NCBI GenBank assembly: GCA_035389185.1
Contig: DAOORK010000001.1
Location: forward strand, 576,218 to 629,414
DNA from: Candidatus Woesebacteria bacterium
GTDB taxonomy: Bacteria > Patescibacteriota > Microgenomatia > UBA1400 > MFAQ01
Length of the DNA stretch: 53,197 nucleotides
Direction: 5' to 3'
In this document: positions 27,696 through 34,191 of the stretch, in pieces
Numbering within the stretch: the stretch's first letter is position 1
Layout: the number at the start of each line of letters is the position of its first letter
The notes under the pieces: model-generated
The model's database searches: none
Told to the model about the DNA's origin: nothing
Seen by the model: only the letters and a program-made list of their open reading frames with translations
Translations under genes and position numbers: made by a program

Positions 27696-27745
27696 TCTGA
27701 GTTGATTTTAGCTTCGATTTGTGGTATATTATAGGTGTTTCTATT

Positions 27746-28161
27746 GGGGACGACCGGAATCGATGGACTAGTACATTTACAGGTGCAAGCCTCCTTTGGT
27801 AAAAGGAGTAAAAAAGACCAAAATACAACTGTCAATAAAGAAGACAAGTTACTTGGTTCTATCGTTAGTGGAGTCAAATCCATTTTCGGTGAAGCCAACT
27901 CTTACGCCCCTCTTTACGCTAACGCCTAAAGTCGAGCTTTAAGACGTCTTGTGGAATACCGGATCCCGGGGTATCTGCAAGGCGAAAAAACACCGGATTG
28001 AATGCTCTAAGGTATGATTTAGACCTTGGAGACTAACTTTTTCTAAATCGACCATAAAACGTTCTTGTTTGCCGGGGAGTTTTATGGAAAATCGGCAAAC
28101 TAAGCTTGTAGAAACTGTAGATTTATTATTTCAGACGAGGGTTCAATTCCCTCCGTCTCCA
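27746..28161 (+). ncRNA. ssrA: tmRNA (SsrA)
   Basis: The 5' GGGGACG pairs with the 3' CGTCTCC. The 3' end carries a tRNA-like T-arm (GAGGGTTCAATTCCCTC) plus discriminator A. An internal tag frame encodes ANSYAPLYANA-stop (27894-27929), resembling ANDENYALAA-type tags. Located next to smpB. Confidence 0.9.
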
Positions 28162-28169
28162 CAATTAAA

Positions 28170-28194
28170 CACCCTCCGTTGCGGAGGGTGTTTT
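28170..28194 (+). terminator. Rho-independent terminator after ssrA
   Basis: CACCCTCCG-TTG-CGGAGGGTG followed by TTTT. Confidence 0.85.
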
Positions 28195-28240
28195 GGTATT
28201 AATATGAATACAAAAAACTCCCCAGTGAGGGGAGTTGTTT

Positions 28241-28681
28241 TTAATTTTTTGTTTGAGCGGGTGGATTGATTTTTGGTTTATCGGAGTGAAGAAGACCCTC
28301 AATTTCATTTGTGGGGACTTCGTAAAGACCACCCAAAATACTATAATTTTTAGCGATAGTAATATTGCAGGGCGGAATAGCAAATTGGGTTTGAACTTCG
28401 ACTAATATCTCGATGATTATCTGTTCAAAGAATGCTTGAAAATCCTGCCACTTAAGTAAGTCGCCGGTAATAATAAGTCGGGCATATCCGTCGTAATTTT
28501 CTTTGTCTGGTTGAAAATTGAGATGATAATCACGAAATTTTGGCTCGATTTTTTCAACCATAACCTTAACGATTTCTGGGCTGAAGGAAGAAAAAATATC
28601 GAGGGCAAGGCGAGGGTTATCTGAAGTTAATCCCCAGTAATCAATAAGAACGTGAATAATGTTATGGTAGTTGTATTCCAT
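28241..28681 (-). CDS. Hypothetical protein
   Basis: The ORF is trimmed to the internal ATG (MEYNYHNIIH...). No motif recognised. Confidence 0.55.
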   Translation of the reverse strand: MEYNYHNIIHVLIDYWGLTSDNPRLALDIFSSFSPEIVKVMVEKIEPKFRDYHLNFQPDKENYDGYARLIITGDLLKWQDFQAFFEQIIIEILVEVQTQFAIPPCNITIAKNYSILGGLYEVPTNEIEGLLHSDKPKINPPAQTKN

Positions 28682-28749
28682 GAACACTCCTTTTGAATGT
28701 GCTGGGAAGATATTAACACTTATAGGACAAAATATCAACTAGAAGGATC

Positions 28750-29427
28750 TTGTACAATTTGAATGTGCTGGAGATGATCATTGATTTTTTACTGCCAAAA
28801 CAGTGTGCTGGTTGCGATGAAGATGGAGACAGTATTTGTGAGCAATGTTTGAAAGAAATTCCTATTGCGGAGCAGATCTGTCCGGAATGTGGTGAAAGAT
28901 CACCAATGGGGTGGACCCATGAAAAATGTAAAATGCCCTTGGGAATGGATGGGCTGATAGTAATTTATGATTATCAAGACGAGCTGATGAGAAAAATTGT
29001 GAAAGAGATTAAATTTGGTTTTAATCGAGAGTTAATTTACAAAGTGTTAGAAAAAACGGAATTTGAAGAAGGCGAAAAGTTTGATTGTTTAGTGCCGATT
29101 CCTTTGCATTTTTATCGGGAAAATTGGCGGGGATTTAACCAGGCTGAAGAAATATCCAAAGTTGTAGGGAAGAAAACAAAAATCGAGGTGACAAGGGTAT
29201 TGAAAAGGACAAGGAGAACAAAACAACAGTCAATGATTTTTGATAGAAAAGAGAGAGAAAAAAATGTAAAGGGGGCGTTTGTAGTGGTAGAAGGATTTGA
29301 GTTGAAGAATAAAAAAATCCTGTTGGTGGATGATATTTTTACGAGCGGAGCGAATATGAGGGAGTGTACTCGAATATTAAAAAAGGCGGGGGCGGAGATT
29401 GTTTGGGGTTTGGCACTGGGGCACTAG
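28750..29427 (+). CDS. comF: ComF-family phosphoribosyltransferase
   Basis: N-terminal Cys4 zinc-finger pattern (CAGC...CEQC...CPECG). PRTase motif LLVDDIFTSGANMRE. The ORF opens at TTG 28750; ATG at 28774 is an alternative start. Confidence 0.85.
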   Translation: MYNLNVLEMIIDFLLPKQCAGCDEDGDSICEQCLKEIPIAEQICPECGERSPMGWTHEKCKMPLGMDGLIVIYDYQDELMRKIVKEIKFGFNRELIYKVLEKTEFEEGEKFDCLVPIPLHFYRENWRGFNQAEEISKVVGKKTKIEVTRVLKRTRRTKQQSMIFDRKEREKNVKGAFVVVEGFELKNKKILLVDDIFTSGANMRECTRILKKAGAEIVWGLALGH

Positions 29428-29472
29428 AGTATAATTCTGGAAAAGCAAATTTAAAAAATAAGGAGGAATGTT

Positions 29473-29691
29473 ATGCCAGAGTATCGTTTGGATTTGAGCA
29501 GAGAAACTGATGCAACTATTACGATTGGAGCACAGAAACTGGGAGTTAGAAGAAAAGATTTTTTGTCGACAGCGATTTGGTTGTTTGCTGAAGTTGTTGA
29601 TCTTCTTACTATAAACAAAGGATGGAAATTGGCAATTGTTGATGAAAATGGTGTGGTTAAAACAACATTTTCTAATTTGATGAAAAAATAG
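29473..29691 (+). CDS. Small hypothetical protein (72 aa)
   Basis: AGGAGG lies 7 nt upstream of the ATG, and a strong terminator follows. Confidence 0.55.
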   Translation: MPEYRLDLSRETDATITIGAQKLGVRRKDFLSTAIWLFAEVVDLLTINKGWKLAIVDENGVVKTTFSNLMKK

Positions 29692-29703
29692 TTGTTGTAT
29701 TAT

Positions 29704-29730
29704 GACCCCCTATGATGGGGGGTCTTTTTT
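29704..29730 (+). terminator. Rho-independent terminator
   Basis: GACCCCC-TATGAT-GGGGGTC followed by a T7 run. Confidence 0.8.
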
Positions 29731-29732
29731 TG

Positions 29733-29816
29733 CGGAGGAGGTGGGATTCGAACCCACGTGTGCCGAAGCACATTTGCTTTCCAAGCAAACGGAATGGACC
29801 ACTATCCGACTCCTCC
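29733..29816 (-). tRNA. tRNA-Ser (anticodon GGA)
   Basis: Hand-folded cloverleaf: acceptor GGAGGAG/CTCCTCC, 3-bp D stem, anticodon loop TTGGAAA, 15-nt variable arm, T-arm GTGGG-TTCGAAT-CCCAC, discriminator G. CCA is not encoded. Confidence 0.88.
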
Positions 29817-30212
29817 AAAAACTTTGTCTATTATACCTTGTAGCCTTAAGAAGTGTTCTTTGTGCGTATATCTAATTTTTATTGTTCCAAATGGACTTGT
29901 CTTAAATTTTGTCTTACCATTTAATACTATCGACTTATTGAACCTAGATTTTGGTATTCTTGTTATATTTGACCAATATGCGATTACCCTTTCTTCATTA
30001 AGGTCGGGATAAATGAACATTTCTGCCTTTACTCTATTTTCAACACAGTCAATTATTTCTCTTAAGAAACTCATAAATATACGTATTATTCTTGGGTCTG
30101 TGTTGGTCATTTCGATGGCGTAATATTTTCTACCGCTATCATATTTTCTAGCCTTAGTACCTTCACATAAATATAATGATGCACCCAGTAATTTAAGATT
30201 ATTTGGTGTCAT
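29802..30212 (-). CDS. LAGLIDADG-like (homing-endonuclease-like) protein; short paralog of 33405..34028
   Basis: LLGASLYLCEGTK resembles a LAGLIDADG motif with an acidic Glu, followed by beta and helix segments (YYAIEMTNTDPRIIRIFMSFL). Collinear similarity to the C-terminal 135 aa of the 207-aa paralog. The stop codon TAG lies inside the D-arm of tRNA-Ser(GGA). Confidence 0.6.
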   Translation of the reverse strand: MTPNNLKLLGASLYLCEGTKARKYDSGRKYYAIEMTNTDPRIIRIFMSFLREIIDCVENRVKAEMFIYPDLNEERVIAYWSNITRIPKSRFNKSIVLNGKTKFKTSPFGTIKIRYTHKEHFLRLQGIIDKVFGGVG

Positions 30213-30246
30213 AATTTATACTAACAAAACCCGAATAAGTTGTCAA
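30213..30246 (-). promoter_or_regulatory. Sigma70-type promoter for the LAGLIDADG-like ORF (leaderless-type spacing)
   Basis: The minus strand reads TTGACA-ACTTATTCGGGTTTTGT-TAGTAT-AAATT-ATG. It is near-identical to 33371-33407. Confidence 0.6.
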
Positions 30247-30993
30247 CTAGACGAGTTTTTGGACTGCATCCCAAAAGTCTGAGATTCGATTGAGAATGAC
30301 GGTTTCTGAAGGATAGTCACCTTGATTAAAGACTCCCCAAGGGCTTTTGAGGCCAAATGATTTTGCACCGAGAGCAACGGCTGGACGAATGTCTCCATGG
30401 AGACTGTCTCCGGTGATGAGACATTGTTCGGGTGTTACTTCAAGAAGAGACATAGCTTGTAACCAATGACTTTCATTTTTGGAATCATAGACATCAGCGG
30501 TGATGATGGCGTCAAAGTAGCTGGTGATGCCGGATTGATCGTTTTTCCTTAAGGACCAGTCGGTCTCGCCATGGGTAACTTGACCAAGGAGAAAACCCTC
30601 TTTTTGAAGGCCAGAAAGCACCGATCTTATACCGGGAATTGTTTGCGGTTCTGAGATATAGATATCTTGAATAATTGGGAAGTGTTTGAGAACTGTTTGA
30701 CTATTTCCTAGTTCTTGACCCAAACAATCAACAATAGTGAGCCACCTGGAAGGTTCGACGCCAGGGCGCTGATGTTCTTCGGTGTTTATTTCGTGCAAGC
30801 GGTGAAATACTTTTTCTGGATCGAGGTGAAGGTCGATAGCGACGGCCTCGGAAAAGGAGCGCATGTGATCAATAAACATGGAGTGAGTGTGAATGCAGGT
30901 GTCATCCAGATCAAAGAAAACTGCTTTGACACCAAGATGTTTTAGATGTTCGCAAGAATGATGGACATAGGGATCTCTTTCGATCTCGAGCAT
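30247..30993 (-). CDS. HAD-superfamily hydrolase
   Basis: Motif I FFDLDDTCIH (DxDxT). Motif IV-like ITGDSLHGDI. Confidence 0.8.
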   Translation of the reverse strand: MLEIERDPYVHHSCEHLKHLGVKAVFFDLDDTCIHTHSMFIDHMRSFSEAVAIDLHLDPEKVFHRLHEINTEEHQRPGVEPSRWLTIVDCLGQELGNSQTVLKHFPIIQDIYISEPQTIPGIRSVLSGLQKEGFLLGQVTHGETDWSLRKNDQSGITSYFDAIITADVYDSKNESHWLQAMSLLEVTPEQCLITGDSLHGDIRPAVALGAKSFGLKSPWGVFNQGDYPSETVILNRISDFWDAVQKLV

Positions 30994-31020
30994 GCCATAT
31001 GATAGCAGATGAAAAAATAC

Positions 31021-31048
31021 AAAAAATACCCTGCCTTTTGGGCAGGGT
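31021..31048 (-). terminator. Rho-independent terminator
   Basis: ACCCTGCC-TTTTG-GGCAGGGT, with a T-run on the minus strand (A-run 31021-31027). Confidence 0.75.
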
Positions 31049-31053
31049 AGAGT

Positions 31054-31422
31054 TTACCAAACAAAGACGCGATTCATGTGACCGTGGAAGGAAAGATCTT
31101 CAAGGGAAAACATGTCACCCTTTCGGATCGAGATGGCCTTTTGTTCTTCTTCCATCCACTGTTGATGGTCAATGAGGTCCTCTTCGGTCATTTTTTGGGC
31201 CTCTTCATCTGAAAGAGGAGGAAAGTCTGTCCAGGGAACGAAGGCATAATGATCAACGATTGGGGACTGAGGGTTGAATTGATCGTTAGCCAGTTTTTGG
31301 GTCTTGAGGACATAGATATCGTCAAGGGCATCCGTTTGTAGATCTTCCTTTTCGACAATAACGTACTTGTCGGGTGAAGGTCCAAATGAAACGACATCGC
31401 CAACAACAGGAACATTGTCCAT
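31054..31422 (-). CDS. Hypothetical protein (122 aa); probable distant paralog of 31544..31999
   Basis: The two share an N-terminal GDV motif (VVGDVVSFG vs GVGDVITSK) and a C-terminal xSxxGHMxxxF motif. Confidence 0.55.
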   Translation of the reverse strand: MDNVPVVGDVVSFGPSPDKYVIVEKEDLQTDALDDIYVLKTQKLANDQFNPQSPIVDHYAFVPWTDFPPLSDEEAQKMTEEDLIDHQQWMEEEQKAISIRKGDMFSLEDLSFHGHMNRVFVW

Positions 31423-31509
31423 ATTGCCTCCTTTTGAGATAGGGAATGTAAAGATTGCGAAGACCTATATAATAACAGGATTAAAGTACTTTGTCAACGG
31501 TCTTGGTTT

Positions 31510-31536
31510 AAAAAAAGCCCACGTTTTAACGTGGGC
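31510..31536 (-). terminator. Rho-independent terminator
   Basis: GCCCACG-TTTTAA-CGTGGGC, with a T7 run on the minus strand. Confidence 0.75.
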
Positions 31537-31543
31537 AAAGAGA

Positions 31544-31999
31544 CTATTTGAAGTACATTTCCATGTGGCCAACAAGAGAAATTTCACTAGAGGTGATCAA
31601 TGGGTCAGTGTCTCCAGTCATAAAGAAAACAATGATCTCTCCTTTGGGGTCCCAGAGGCCGTTTTTGTCGAGACGTTTGGCAGTGACAAGCCACCCCGGT
31701 GAGTAACCTTGATCAACATTGCCACCTGCCATTTCAGCATCGATGACAACAAATTTGTCAAAGGCACGAGATGGATCGGGGACACCGATGTCGATGTTCT
31801 TCATTCTTCCCGGAGGTATTTTGCCGGTTTTAAGTACTTCGGCGACTATATCATCTTCAGTAAGTGGAATGGAAATGATGTAACTGGGAGATTCCAGGCC
31901 AACGTAAATATGGTTTGTGTTTGTGAAGCCTCGGTGACCATAGATAAACCTTTTTGAGGTGATAACGTCACCAACACCAAGTAATCCGTCATGAGACAT
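31544..31999 (-). CDS. Hypothetical protein (151 aa)
   Basis: An ORF with its own terminator. No recognised domain. Confidence 0.55.
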   Translation of the reverse strand: MSHDGLLGVGDVITSKRFIYGHRGFTNTNHIYVGLESPSYIISIPLTEDDIVAEVLKTGKIPPGRMKNIDIGVPDPSRAFDKFVVIDAEMAGGNVDQGYSPGWLVTAKRLDKNGLWDPKGEIIVFFMTGDTDPLITSSEISLVGHMEMYFK

Positions 32000-32078
32000 G
32001 AATCGACTCCTTTCATTTCATTGTTAAGGTAGGCTGAGTGACTCGGATTGTATATTAGGTTGATTTATAAAGCAAATG

Positions 32079-32153
32079 TGCACCTGGTGCGATTCGAACG
32101 CACGACCTTTCCCTTCGGAGGGGAACGCTCTAATCCAACTGAGCTACAGGTAC
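32079..32153 (-). tRNA. tRNA-Arg (anticodon CCG)
   Basis: Cloverleaf: GTACCTG/CAGGTGC acceptor, D-arm GCTC-AGTTGGATTA-GAGC, anticodon loop CTCCGAA, T-arm GTGCG-TTCGAAT-CGCAC. Confidence 0.88.
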
Positions 32154-32160
32154 AACAAAG

Positions 32161-32168
32161 ATATTTTA
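32161..32168 (-). promoter_or_regulatory. TAAAATAT box 7 nt upstream of tRNA-Arg(CCG)
   Basis: The minus strand reads TAAAATAT-CTTTGTT-G(+1 of the tRNA). Confidence 0.45.
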
Positions 32169-32199
32169 TGTCTTTAGCACTTAGAAAGGGAGAATAAAG

Positions 32200-32207
32200 T
32201 AAAATAT
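32200..32207 (+). promoter_or_regulatory. TAAAATAT box 7 nt upstream of tRNA-Ser(CGA)
   Basis: TAAAATAT-ACAGGTT-G(+1). Confidence 0.45.
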
Positions 32208-32214
32208 ACAGGTT

Positions 32215-32296
32215 GGAGGATGGGCAGGACGGTAATGCGTTGGTTTCGAAAACCAATGAGCGCAAGCTCTAACAGGTTCGACCCCTGTATCCTCCG
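32215..32296 (+). tRNA. tRNA-Ser (anticodon CGA)
   Basis: Acceptor GGAGGAT/ATCCTCC, anticodon loop TTCGAAA, 15-nt variable arm, T-arm ACAGG-TTCGACC-CCTGT, discriminator G. Confidence 0.85.
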
Positions 32297-32306
32297 CATA
32301 ATAAAG

Positions 32307-32380
32307 TGAGCCCGGTGCGATTCGAACGCACGACCTATTGCTCCGCAAGCAATTGCTCTATCCAGCTGAGCTACGGACTC
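32307..32380 (-). tRNA. tRNA-Arg (anticodon GCG)
   Basis: Acceptor GAGTCCG/CGGGCTC, anticodon loop TTGCGGA. The T-arm is identical to that of tRNA-Arg(CCG). Confidence 0.85.
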
Positions 32381-32422
32381 ATAACCTACAGAGTGTATTT
32401 TACCCTATAAAGGCTAATTTCT

Positions 32423-32926
32423 CTATTCCAAAGGAAGTTTTTCACCAAGCCATTTGACGAGACGGTCCAACCAGGTAATGGGAGGCTCTTGATAAACGAT
32501 TTTTTGTTCGAGCATAAGCTCTTTTAATTGTTTCTCTTTCTCTGGATTGATGAGAATAACAATATGCCAGGGTGCTTGGGCAAGATTAACACGCATTAAA
32601 CGGCTACCCCATTTTGTTTCGAACCAAAATTGATTGATACTTTCGTAACGAAAAGTTCGTTCAGTGGTCTTGAGACCCCAAGTGGAGACAGCATATTTTT
32701 CCATTCTTGGTTCAGTACGACTCATGGCCCAAAGCATAAAAACCAAGGACCAGATGACTAAAACGGGCATGATTCCTTCGATGGAGTAGAAGATGATACT
32801 GGCAAGGATGGCCATAACAACAATGGTGCTATAAAACTCTTTACTCCATTTTTTTTGAGGTCTTTCGAAAGCATCCCATTCAAGGATGATTTTTTCTTCG
32901 AAGTTTTGTCTCTCGTTATTGGGCAC
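32423..32926 (-). CDS. Membrane protein (two TM helices), unknown function
   Basis: TM helices (VVMAILASIIFYSI and PVLVIWSLVFMLWAM) followed by a soluble C-terminal domain. Confidence 0.6.
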   Translation of the reverse strand: MPNNERQNFEEKIILEWDAFERPQKKWSKEFYSTIVVMAILASIIFYSIEGIMPVLVIWSLVFMLWAMSRTEPRMEKYAVSTWGLKTTERTFRYESINQFWFETKWGSRLMRVNLAQAPWHIVILINPEKEKQLKELMLEQKIVYQEPPITWLDRLVKWLGEKLPLE

Positions 32927-32969
32927 GTTTCATCTTAGCATATTCGACGATGTCTTTAGAAAAATTTTG

Positions 32970-33085
32970 TGCGGAGGGGGCGGGATTCGAAGTCTTCGGT
33001 CTCGCTTGCTAGCTCGCCTCGGACCGCGACTCGGCAAGATCACTGGAGCTTGCCTCCGTCAGGTTCGAATCCCAAATTTGGCATT
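32970..33085 (-). pseudogene. tRNA-derived fragment or pseudo-tRNA carrying an exact 22-nt copy of the 3' end of the neighbouring Ser-type tRNA
   Basis: 32970-32991 (TGCGGAGGGGGCGGGATTCGAA) is identical to 33119-33140. The upstream part cannot be folded into a complete cloverleaf (there is no T-stem 5' strand). A second TTCGAATCCC motif sits in inverted orientation at 33064-33073. Confidence 0.5.
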
Positions 33086-33115
33086 AAAAAATACTCACAC
33101 AAGGTGAGTATTTTC
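33086..33115 (-). terminator. Hairpin terminator after the Ser-type tRNA(ACU)
   Basis: ATACTCAC-ACAAG-GTGAGTAT flanked by A5 and T4 runs. Confidence 0.7.
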
Positions 33116-33120
33116 TTATG

Positions 33121-33205
33121 CGGAGGGGGCGGGATTCGAACCCGCGGTGCCTTGCGACACGGAGGTTTAGTAAACCTCTGCACTAGACCACTATGCGACC
33201 CCTCC
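33121..33205 (-). tRNA. Class II (Ser-type) tRNA with anticodon ACU
   Basis: Acceptor GGAGGGG/CCCCTCC, 3-bp D stem, anticodon stem GAGGT/ACCTC with loop TTACTAA (U33-ACU-A37), 16-nt variable arm, T-arm GCGGG-TTCGAAT-CCCGC, discriminator G. Confidence 0.75.
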
Positions 33206-33213
33206 TTATTGAG

Positions 33214-33221
33214 ATATTTTA
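33214..33221 (-). promoter_or_regulatory. TAAAATAT box 8 nt upstream of the Ser-type tRNA(ACU)
   Basis: The minus strand reads TAAAATAT-CTCAATAA-G(+1). Confidence 0.45.
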
Positions 33222-33255
33222 ACAGCTTTATATGCTGTTGAGGCTAATTGAATGA

Positions 33256-33263
33256 TAAAATAT
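33256..33263 (+). promoter_or_regulatory. TAAAATAT box 7 nt upstream of tRNA-Ser(UGA)
   Basis: TAAAATAT-ACGAGTT-G(+1). Confidence 0.45.
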
Positions 33264-33270
33264 ACGAGTT

Positions 33271-33354
33271 GGAGAGTTGGCCGAGTGGTTTATGGCGCAA
33301 GTCTTGAAAACTTGTGGGCGCAAGCCCTCAGAGGTTCGAACCCTCTACTCTCCG
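33271..33354 (+). tRNA. tRNA-Ser (anticodon TGA)
   Basis: Acceptor GGAGAGT/ACTCTCC, anticodon loop CTTGAAA, 15-nt variable arm, T-arm AGAGG-TTCGAAC-CCTCT, discriminator G. Confidence 0.88.
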
Positions 33355-33370
33355 CAATATTGTGCCTACC

Positions 33371-33404
33371 TTGACATTTCATTCGGGTTTTATTAGTATT
33401 AATT
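33371..33404 (+). promoter_or_regulatory. Sigma70-type promoter for the HTH/LAGLIDADG-like ORF (leaderless-type spacing)
   Basis: TTGACA-TTTCATTCGGGTTTTAT-TAGTAT-TAATT-GTG. It matches the promoter at 30213-30246 at 13 of 17 spacer positions plus both hexamers. Confidence 0.6.
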
Positions 33405-34028
33405 GTGAGAGATACTTTGCTCGTAAAACAAGTTCAAGGTCTATATAAATCAGGATTCTCTGTCACAGATATTTCAAATAAACTTGGTATAAGTAGTAGT
33501 AATGTTAGCCGTTGGTGTAGAAAAGCGGCGGAAGGAGATCTTGACAGAAAACCATCTGCTCAAGATAAAAGACGTCAGCTTTGGTTTGACTTTGACAAAA
33601 TCAATATGGAAAAATTGGATGTCAAAAAATGCAGAGAGTTAGTTTCAATCTTGTATTGGTGCGAGGGTGCAAAGTATCCTTCGACCGGAGAATTGGCTTT
33701 TACTAGTAGTGACGGGGAAATGCAAAGGGTCTTTATTAAGCTATTGAGAAAAGCGTATCCAGAAGAAATTGATGAAAGTAAATTCCGCGTAGTTTTACAA
33801 ATTCCTGCTACATACAACATTGAAGAAATCAGAGAATATTGGTCAAAATTATTGAATATTTCAATCACACAATTTTATAAACCGTATATTACAAAGACAC
33901 AAGGGAATAGATTTAGAAATACTTATAAAGGAACTTGTGGCTTAAGATACCACGATTACCGTATTCTTTTACGAATAATGGGAACGTATAATCAAATTGC
34001 AAAACAAATAATTGGAGACGTCCGGTAG
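33405..34028 (+). CDS. HTH + LAGLIDADG-like (homing-endonuclease-like) protein
   Basis: N-terminal helix-turn-helix (FSVTDISNKLGISSSNVSRWCRK). LAGLIDADG-like motif LVSILYWCEGAK. Paralog of 29802..30212. GTG start. The stop codon TAG lies inside the D-arm of tRNA-Ser(GCU). Confidence 0.6.
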   Translation: MRDTLLVKQVQGLYKSGFSVTDISNKLGISSSNVSRWCRKAAEGDLDRKPSAQDKRRQLWFDFDKINMEKLDVKKCRELVSILYWCEGAKYPSTGELAFTSSDGEMQRVFIKLLRKAYPEEIDESKFRVVLQIPATYNIEEIREYWSKLLNISITQFYKPYITKTQGNRFRNTYKGTCGLRYHDYRILLRIMGTYNQIAKQIIGDVR

Positions 34029-34098
34029 TGGTTTATCCGAACGGTTCGCTAAACCGTAGCCCGAAAGGGCCTCGTGGGTTCGAATCCCACCGTCTCCG
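34014..34098 (+). tRNA. tRNA-Ser (anticodon GCT)
   Basis: Acceptor GGAGACG/CGTCTCC, anticodon loop TCGCTAA, 16-nt variable arm, T-arm GTGGG-TTCGAAT-CCCAC, discriminator G. Confidence 0.88.
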
Positions 34099-34191
34099 CA
34101 ATTTTAAATTTGTTTATAAAGAAGAATGAATGGAGGAAGTGATTGTGTTAGAATTGTTACATAGTGAAGATGTTACGACACGACGGGTAAT

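Noticed and set aside
27735-28383. ORFs 27735-27929, 28069-28269, 27640-27898 (minus) and 28165-28383 (minus).
   Set aside because: They overlap the tmRNA gene and its terminator. 27735-27929 is simply the tag reading frame extended upstream.
32065-33241. ORFs 32065-32265 (minus), 32886-33107 and 32969-33241 (plus), and 29758-30012 (plus).
   Set aside because: They run through tRNA genes or antisense to the LAGLIDADG-like gene. Their composition is driven by GC-rich tRNA sequence.
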